Source: a virus (taxonomy: Duplodnaviria; Caudoviricetes). Taken from it: a DNA stretch of 24,214 nucleotides. Shown one piece after another: positions 23,728-24,214 of this stretch. Made by a program: the position numbers and the translations under genes. A model generated the notes under the pieces. That model was not told the DNA's origin. It did not search any database and saw only the letters and a program-made list of their open reading frames with translations. The stretch is taken from positions 1-24,214 of IMG/VR virus record IMGVR_UViG_3300030372_003039; one strand, 5' to 3'. Positions within the stretch are counted from its first letter, which is position 1; every line of letters starts with the position of its first letter.

Positions 23728-24214
23728 TGTCAGGCGGTAAAGGCGGATCAACAACCTCAAGCGTTGAAGTGCCACAGTACATTGAAGATGCGGCAAGACG
23801 CAATCTTGAGAGGGCAGACCTAATCAGCAAGATAGGGTATGTGCCTTATTACGGTCCAGAAGTTGCTGCCATGACCCCAGCGCAGGAAGCAGCATTTGCT
23901 GGCACTCAGCAGTTAGCTGGAGCATTTGGCACACCAACAACTATGGATATGGGCGTTCCTGCACCACAAACTTTTGCAGGTGGTGTGCGAGGTTACTCAT
24001 CTGCGCCTATGTTTGAGCAAGCCCAGTTTGAACTGGGGCAGCGCAGACCAGCACAAAAGGCATTTATAGACTCGCTATTTATTGATCCCTTTTCTGGTGT
24101 GTTTAATCCAATATCCACAACTCCGCTAGACATGGGGGAAGTTGTGGACACGACTACAACAACTACCACTAGCGGCGGTGGCGGCGGTGGCGGCGGTGGC
24201 GGCGGCGGTGGTGG
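23727..24214 (+). CDS. 3'-truncated internal virion/ejection protein
   Basis: SD AAGGAG, TAATG coupling; MSGGKGGSTTSSVEVPQYIEDAARRNL...PYYGPEVAAMTPAQ..., open to window end; not in ORF track. Confidence 0.75.
   Translation, partial: MSGGKGGSTTSSVEVPQYIEDAARRNLERADLISKIGYVPYYGPEVAAMTPAQEAAFAGTQQLAGAFGTPTTMDMGVPAPQTFAGGVRGYSSAPMFEQAQFELGQRRPAQKAFIDSLFIDPFSGVFNPISTTPLDMGEVVDTTTTTTTSGGGGGGGGGGGGG
24174..24214 (+). repeat. GGY trinucleotide repeat (poly-Gly)
   Basis: At least 13 in-frame GGC/GGT codons after a Thr7-Ser run. Confidence 0.9.

Overview
Segment of a tailed dsDNA phage genome, probably podovirus-like. A marine alphaproteobacterial host is my inference from gene content. Order: lysis cassette (small membrane proteins, 3TM holin, GH19 endolysin); a leftward accessory/regulatory block; a divergent TTGACA promoter pair with a ribbon-helix-helix regulator; a replication module (Hjc-type resolvase, PD-(D/E)XK exonuclease, SSB, Zn-ribbon/TOPRIM/RepA-type primase-helicase) followed by an iteron-type origin; a leftward operon of 7 small early genes; a ~570-bp non-coding control region; terS/terL; a cluster of very basic microproteins; and adaptor, tail-fibre, nozzle and ejection genes, with an HNH homing endonuclease inserted at the end of a fibre gene. 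No portal, capsid, DNA polymerase or integrase gene is recognisable in the window. Main finding: the 9-mer AAACCAATG (11 exact copies found by eye, plus variants) sits on the start codons of many early genes. An ~85-nt antisense transcription unit upstream of the primase gene has a predicted promoter and terminator and carries the exact complement. This suggests a phage-encoded trans-acting sRNA controlling a translational regulon. All family assignments come from motif recognition, not database searches.
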